Origin: a virus
DNA length: 64,000 bases
Reading direction: 5' to 3' (one strand)
IMG/VR virus record: IMGVR_UViG_3300023112_001138
Coordinates: 10,147-74,146 of that record
Positions 58,936 through 64,000 of this stretch are shown here, piece after piece; positions within the stretch are counted from its first letter, which is position 1; every line of letters starts with the position of its first letter. Made by a program: the position numbers and the translations under genes. The notes under the pieces are model-generated. The model saw only the letters and a program-made list of their open reading frames with translations. It was not told the origin of the DNA and ran no database searches.

Positions 58936-59718
58936 TTAAATTATTTTTACGTTATTTTCGTTTAATATTTTGTTCGTTATGTTAAAACTACCTTCTATAG
59001 AACAATTTTCTTCATACCATTTTATACCATTATTACTCATTTCTTCCCAATTTTCTTTCGTTATATTATTAATCTTTTCTTTTACCTCTTCCGGGTTAGA
59101 TGCCGTTATATAATGTTTATTTTCCTCTAATGGGTTATAGAATGTTAAATCGACTAAAGGTGTTATAATGGGGACAACTCCCATACACAGTAATTCAATT
59201 TCCCTATTACATTTAGGTCCATACCCACTTAAACATAAACCGAATTTACTTTTAGTCAATAATTTAAGATATTCTTTCTGATTATATTTATATTCACCAC
59301 GAATAGGCATACTAAAAAGTTCAATATTTTTTGACCAATCAACTTCTGTTCTTTTTCCCAACTGTACGTTATTTTCCACTTTACCCAAAAAGATCGATTC
59401 TATATTTCGATCACCCCAGCTCAGTCTTTCTTCTTTTATTTTTTCCATTAATCTAGGTCTCCTACCCCAAAATATCCAAGGCGAGGATTTAGGTAAGTTA
59501 GGTACGGTGTTACCGAATAATGCAAAATTATAATTTTGTCCACCATACCATTCTAGTGTTGGTCTATCGTAGAGTAGAACGTCACCATAATCATTTAACC
59601 AAACGTTTTTAACATTTTGATACTCTACCTCGCAGAAACCATTTTCTACCCATAGATCAACCAATTCTCTAAAGGTATCACCATTATGTTGATCATATTT
59701 AGGTTTTATTATTTTCAT
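58936..59718 (-). CDS. Exostosin/GT47-like glycosyltransferase
   Basis: EY..LL.KSKFGLCLSGYGPKCNREIE..GVVPI. Confidence 0.7.
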   Translation of the reverse strand: MKIIKPKYDQHNGDTFRELVDLWVENGFCEVEYQNVKNVWLNDYGDVLLYDRPTLEWYGGQNYNFALFGNTVPNLPKSSPWIFWGRRPRLMEKIKEERLSWGDRNIESIFLGKVENNVQLGKRTEVDWSKNIELFSMPIRGEYKYNQKEYLKLLTKSKFGLCLSGYGPKCNREIELLCMGVVPIITPLVDLTFYNPLEENKHYITASNPEEVKEKINNITKENWEEMSNNGIKWYEENCSIEGSFNITNKILNENNVKII

Positions 59719-60314
59719 TTTTTCAAAAAAGTTACTTCTTGGTAGTTTGGCGTTGTATGTATTATATCATAACCATTATTTTTTAACATATTAATTTTAT
59801 TCATTGTATCGTTAATTGTAATGGTTGATATTTGATTATGATGAAACTCAACACATATTTGTTTAACGCCCACACAATCAGATAAAACCTCATATTCTGA
59901 CCCCTCTATATCTAATTTTATGAGTGATGGGTTATAGTCAGTTATTAATGTTTTTATTGATACCGTTTCTACCTCGTGGTAATCACTATTACTTACCATT
60001 GTATGGGATGGTGTTGTTGATTCACTAACAAAATTTGGGTTTGTATTTTTATATAATTTTATTCTATCACCATCGACTTTACCTACTGCCTTTTTTATTA
60101 ACTTTAAATTAGGTAAATTAACACCCTCAATGAATTTATGGCTTTTAATTGTTGGGTCTATCCCCACTATATTGATATCTTTTAATTTATTGAGTTCAAT
60201 ATCAAAAGATATATCCTCACCTAACCCCCCATCAATAATTACATCACCGTCAGAAATGGAATCAACGTCAATTGTCCAACCACCATATTTTGTCCCTAAA
60301 TATTTTTTATTCAT
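59715..60314 (-). CDS. FkbM-family methyltransferase
   Basis: GTKYGGW, GLGEDISFD, DPT, LIKLDIEGSEY, QICVEFH. Confidence 0.88.
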   Translation of the reverse strand: MNKKYLGTKYGGWTIDVDSISDGDVIIDGGLGEDISFDIELNKLKDINIVGIDPTIKSHKFIEGVNLPNLKLIKKAVGKVDGDRIKLYKNTNPNFVSESTTPSHTMVSNSDYHEVETVSIKTLITDYNPSLIKLDIEGSEYEVLSDCVGVKQICVEFHHNQISTITINDTMNKINMLKNNGYDIIHTTPNYQEVTFLKK

Positions 60315-60997
60315 TTTTTATATTTTTTTATTATATTATCTATATATGTTTCTTTTAAATCAATATTACATTTTTTCATTATTTGTAAAGTATACCCACT
60401 AGGTATCCCAATATAATTTTCACCACCCTCAATTTTTTTGATAGTATTTTTTTTATTTAATGATATTTGCATTTTTTTAACTATGTCTATGACATTATAA
60501 GAAATCGGGTGAATAAAATTAATAATTTTAGGGTGTTTACCATCTAAATTATTTATAAAACAAGAGATATCAGCAACATCTATAATATTTCGATAAGCAT
60601 TTTTTAAAATTGTGATTTGTTCGTTATTATTTATTGTTTCTTTAAAATAATTGAACATCGTATTGGGGTTTCCTCCTTCACCCACAACGTTGGGTAATCT
60701 TATGGTTAAACTATTATTAACACTCTTCATCAACCTTTCTATCTTTAATTTATGTTCAACATATTTTGAATTAATTAAGGAAGAATCATATATACTATAA
60801 GTGCTAAAATAAATAATATTTTTATTAATGTCCCTATCTTTAATAAATTCCATTATCATTTCTATTTCTCGATTAAATTCAGTTTTTAAATCCTCATTAG
60901 AATTGGAAACCCCTGAAGCAAAAATTTCGAACCTATCCGTAGTTAAATTTTTTTTTAAGGATTTTGCTATTAAACCATTACCTATTATTTTTAACAT
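60311..60997 (-). CDS. NAD-dependent epimerase/dehydratase-like protein
   Basis: IIGNGLIA, FASGVSNS, YFST, YVEHK (YxxxK), IRLPNVVG. Confidence 0.8.
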   Translation of the reverse strand: MLKIIGNGLIAKSLKKNLTTDRFEIFASGVSNSNEDLKTEFNREIEMIMEFIKDRDINKNIIYFSTYSIYDSSLINSKYVEHKLKIERLMKSVNNSLTIRLPNVVGEGGNPNTMFNYFKETINNNEQITILKNAYRNIIDVADISCFINNLDGKHPKIINFIHPISYNVIDIVKKMQISLNKKNTIKKIEGGENYIGIPSGYTLQIMKKCNIDLKETYIDNIIKKYKK

Positions 60998-61640
60998 ACT
61001 CTAATAATTTAAATTTATTTTCTAACCCAACAGTCCAATTACCATGATGGATAATAACCTCATTGGGTATATTAAAATTTTCTCCATTCCATTGTTTTGG
61101 TCCAGTACTTGCTGCTACTGTAAAATATTTATTTTTAGGTAACCTACTATGTTTTATTGGGTGTTTATTGGAATTAAGGAAGTGGTTTATAATTTTTTGA
61201 TCATCCATACCATTTTTTACTGTATTTAATAAAGTTTTTAAAACATCTTTAAAAAAATTTAATATTTTTTCATTTTGATTGCAGACAAATAATCCAGCAC
61301 AAACACATACGATATCATCTTGAAATTTTATATCGTAATCACCTATATCTTCTATGATATCTTCTTTTATATTTTTAAAAAATTGTATGTCACAATCTGT
61401 GAAAACTAATGGGTTATTATCACTTATATCAACGTTGTTAATTATATGTTCAACTTTACCTATCATTGTTTGATTAAACCCCAATGTACCATATGATACA
61501 TCTTTTGTAATTTGTTTATAGTGACACCCTAAAAGTTCAAAATCATCTTTCAAATATTGTTTATACGAAGATAAAAAATATTTTTCATATAACTCTTTAT
61601 GTGAATCAGTATAAAAAGTTAATAATTTTATTTTTTTCAT
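60978..61640 (-). CDS. Nucleotide-diphospho-sugar transferase (GT77-like)
   Basis: VFTDCDIQF, CAGLF, DDQ, HHGNWTVGLENK. Confidence 0.75.
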   Translation of the reverse strand: MKKIKLLTFYTDSHKELYEKYFLSSYKQYLKDDFELLGCHYKQITKDVSYGTLGFNQTMIGKVEHIINNVDISDNNPLVFTDCDIQFFKNIKEDIIEDIGDYDIKFQDDIVCVCAGLFVCNQNEKILNFFKDVLKTLLNTVKNGMDDQKIINHFLNSNKHPIKHSRLPKNKYFTVAASTGPKQWNGENFNIPNEVIIHHGNWTVGLENKFKLLEYVKNNR

Positions 61641-61641
61641 A

Positions 61642-62280
61642 TTAAATAGGATTTACGTAATAGTATGGTTTTTCAACCACATCTTTGTTATTTATATGCT
61701 CTTTTTGACCCACCAATGTTTCTTTATAATTTCTTATATTAGTATTATGGGTATGATAAGTTTTAATAATACTACAAGGGTTTCTTAAAATAAATCCCTT
61801 ATTTTTAAATTCCCAAGCAATTCTATTATCACAACCTAATTTACCTAAATAAAAATCAGAATAATCTAATTCTTTCATTTTACCTAACCATATCCAAGTA
61901 TCTTGACAATCAGATCTCATTATTTCTACTTTTGGGGTTTCTTTATATTCCCACCTCAATAAAGATAATAACATATTATTATTTATAATGTTTTTAACAT
62001 CTTTTATGGTTTCATCTAAAAAAATATCAGTATTAGTTAAAATATTTATGTCATCCTCTTTTGTAAATTCATTAATTATATTAAAAAAATCTTTAAATGT
62101 TGGTCTTTTATGTGGGATAATTTTTAATTTATTATTAGTAAATGGTACATCATCTGTTTCACTAAGAATATAAATTTTATCAATAAAACCATTACTTATA
62201 TTCTTACCCAAACAAAAATCAATTTCTTTTTGCCTTTCTGAATTTTTATCTTTATAATATGAAGTAAACAAATTTATCAT
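61642..62280 (-). CDS. Putative glycosyltransferase-like protein
   Basis: RPTFKDFF, TNTDIFL, QDTWI, LGKLGCDNRIA. Confidence 0.55.
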   Translation of the reverse strand: MINLFTSYYKDKNSERQKEIDFCLGKNISNGFIDKIYILSETDDVPFTNNKLKIIPHKRPTFKDFFNIINEFTKEDDINILTNTDIFLDETIKDVKNIINNNMLLSLLRWEYKETPKVEIMRSDCQDTWIWLGKMKELDYSDFYLGKLGCDNRIAWEFKNKGFILRNPCSIIKTYHTHNTNIRNYKETLVGQKEHINNKDVVEKPYYYVNPI

Positions 62281-63680
62281 GCAACAATTTTATTATCTTT
62301 TATTTCGAAGTTTTTATTCATTATTTTCATATATAGTTCTTGACTATTTTTATTGGCTTCGGTAGATACTGTTCCATCTTTTTCATGATGAAAATATACA
62401 AATAGTGGTTTAGGTATTCTTTTACCTACATACCCCTCTTTCATCATTCTTATCCACATATCATAATCTTCCCAACCAGTTAACTCTTCATCGTAACCAT
62501 TAACTTTTTCAAAAGCTTCTCTATGAAACATTGAACAATTAACGATAAACGGACCCTTCAGTAATGTTTCTTTATTCCATTCTGGACGTTTTTCAATTCC
62601 TTGCATTTGACCAACATGATGTGTATCACAATAAACTGGACTTACATTTTTTTCTCTCTTTAAAATTGCAACACATGTTTTCATATAACCATCTAAAATC
62701 ATATCATCAGAATCTAAAGGTAATATATAATCACCATTACAATGTTTAAACGCCTCATTTCTAGCTGAAGATGGTCCACCATTTTCTTTATAAACAACTT
62801 TGATTTTTTCATTACTTTCCAGTTGTTTTAGTTTTAGTTTCACAAATTCATCAGTTGACCCGTCATCAACCAATATAATTTCATAGTTTGTGTAATCTTG
62901 ATTAAAAACAGAATTTAATGTTTGATTGATTCTATTACCATAGTTATATATTGGCATTAAGATAGAAACCAAAGGTTCATCCTTCTTTATGTTTTTAGTT
63001 TTATATGTGTATGGTATTATTTGTGGTAACTTATCTTCATATTTTTCCACAAATTGTTTTTTATTATTTTCCCATTGTTCATTTGTTTGACCAATGGATA
63101 AATGTGTAATTGCAATATCTGATATTACACCCACCTTTACATCATTTAAAAAATTATTAAAACAAAAATCTAGTTCATAAAAGTGAAAACCTTTAATGTC
63201 CTCATCGAAATTAGATTTAATATTATTCTTATTTACAATAAAAAATAAACCATCAACGATAATGGTATCCTCTATTTTATTACCAAAAAATTCATTATAT
63301 TTAGATAGCCATTTTTTACCTTGGTTTTGGTGGTGTACTTGACCTACCGATTCTGTCATACCATTATCCCACCAACAACCAGATTTAGGTAGATATTTTG
63401 ACCCAGCTTTACCTAAAATACCATAATCAGGGTTTCGTTTAAAGTGTTTTAATATTTTATTACCCCAATTTTTTGTTTCAAAAATGATGTCATCATGACA
63501 AAAAACCACAATGTCATTTGTAGTTTCTTTTAAAGCCCTATTATATAATTCAGTTAAACCAAACTCTCCATCATTAACGTATTGAATGACTTCCAACCCC
63601 TTATAAACCCCAGAAGATTTCTTTATGTGATCAATGTGAGGTTGGTTATCTTTTCTTGTTGAAAATACGACACTAATCAT
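62277..63680 (-). CDS. Two-domain GT2 glycosyltransferase
   Basis: N-domain VVFCHDDI..VDGLF..FHFYELDF; C-domain PLVSILMP..VDDGSTD..ARN..LDSDD..EDYDMW. Confidence 0.9.
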   Translation of the reverse strand: MISVVFSTRKDNQPHIDHIKKSSGVYKGLEVIQYVNDGEFGLTELYNRALKETTNDIVVFCHDDIIFETKNWGNKILKHFKRNPDYGILGKAGSKYLPKSGCWWDNGMTESVGQVHHQNQGKKWLSKYNEFFGNKIEDTIIVDGLFFIVNKNNIKSNFDEDIKGFHFYELDFCFNNFLNDVKVGVISDIAITHLSIGQTNEQWENNKKQFVEKYEDKLPQIIPYTYKTKNIKKDEPLVSILMPIYNYGNRINQTLNSVFNQDYTNYEIILVDDGSTDEFVKLKLKQLESNEKIKVVYKENGGPSSARNEAFKHCNGDYILPLDSDDMILDGYMKTCVAILKREKNVSPVYCDTHHVGQMQGIEKRPEWNKETLLKGPFIVNCSMFHREAFEKVNGYDEELTGWEDYDMWIRMMKEGYVGKRIPKPLFVYFHHEKDGTVSTEANKNSQELYMKIMNKNFEIKDNKIVA

Positions 63681-63885
63681 TGGTTAGGCTCAAGTAATAA
63701 CCCCTTATTTCTCTACCCAATTCCTTATCATTAGGGTATTCCTGAATTAAATCTACAATGTGCTGACAATCAAAATTCACTTTTCTCCAATATTCATTAT
63801 CCACCTTTGCTTTTGGTGCGGTATAAGTATTGTCCTTAACTTGTCTTAACTCATTCATCGTTCTTTCTTTTGGTTCTTCCATCAT
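63673..63885 (-). CDS. Hypothetical protein
   Basis: 70-aa ORF overlapping the GT2 start; YPNDKELGREIR. Confidence 0.7.
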   Translation of the reverse strand: MMEEPKERTMNELRQVKDNTYTAPKAKVDNEYWRKVNFDCQHIVDLIQEYPNDKELGREIRGYYLSLTND

Positions 63886-64000
63886 ATCTATTTATTTTTA
63901 TGTTTATTTATTTTAAAATCGTACCAATATTTAAAGTTTATAAGGACATTGTTTTTACCTCTAGGTGGTGAAAGTTTAATTAAATGACTGTCATCCGCTT

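Noticed and set aside
1-64000. Stop-codon reassignment (TAG/TGA) as seen in some large Bacteroidota phages
   Set aside because: Core genes are full length in code 11, and TAG ends the portal, MCP and hsp20 genes right before terminators or promoters; TGA is used in ATGA overlaps
1-64000. CRISPR array, tRNA or rRNA genes
   Set aside because: Intergenic gaps are short and AT-rich; no repeat-spacer periodicity or cloverleaf seen by eye (tRNAscan/Infernal not run)

Overview
AT-rich, gene-dense 64-kb segment of a large T4-like (myovirus-type) tailed phage, standard genetic code. The host is very probably Bacteroidota: there is a T9SS type-B CTD protein, TTTG-N20-TAnnTTTG promoters, and A-rich 5' UTRs without Shine-Dalgarno sites. 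Three blocks: (1) ~1-24 kb, a run of mostly late genes whose unrelated products (zincin peptidase, SleB-like muramidase, LRR protein, OmpA-like protein, Pol-beta nucleotidyltransferase, DUF192, protamine-like micropeptide) share short basic/hydrophobic N-terminal leaders ending in [ILV]-x-E, interrupted by a ClpC/MTase/Hsp20/KTSC/T9SS-CTD island; (2) ~24-41 kb, the head module (TerL, portal, prohead protease, scaffold, MCP), convergent baseplate/structural genes and a gp55-like late sigma; (3) ~41-64 kb, a ~22-kb minus-strand glycan-building locus (gmd/fcl, about 11 glycosyltransferase-like genes, 2 sulfotransferases, several methyltransferases, an amidotransferase) plus phoH. Best candidate novel systems: a modular 'late promoter + protease-cleavable capsid-address leader' cargo-loading system for diverse effectors, and a soluble, exporter-less fucose/sulfate/methyl glycan pathway that may decorate the virion. 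All assignments come from motif recognition by eye; no database searches were run.
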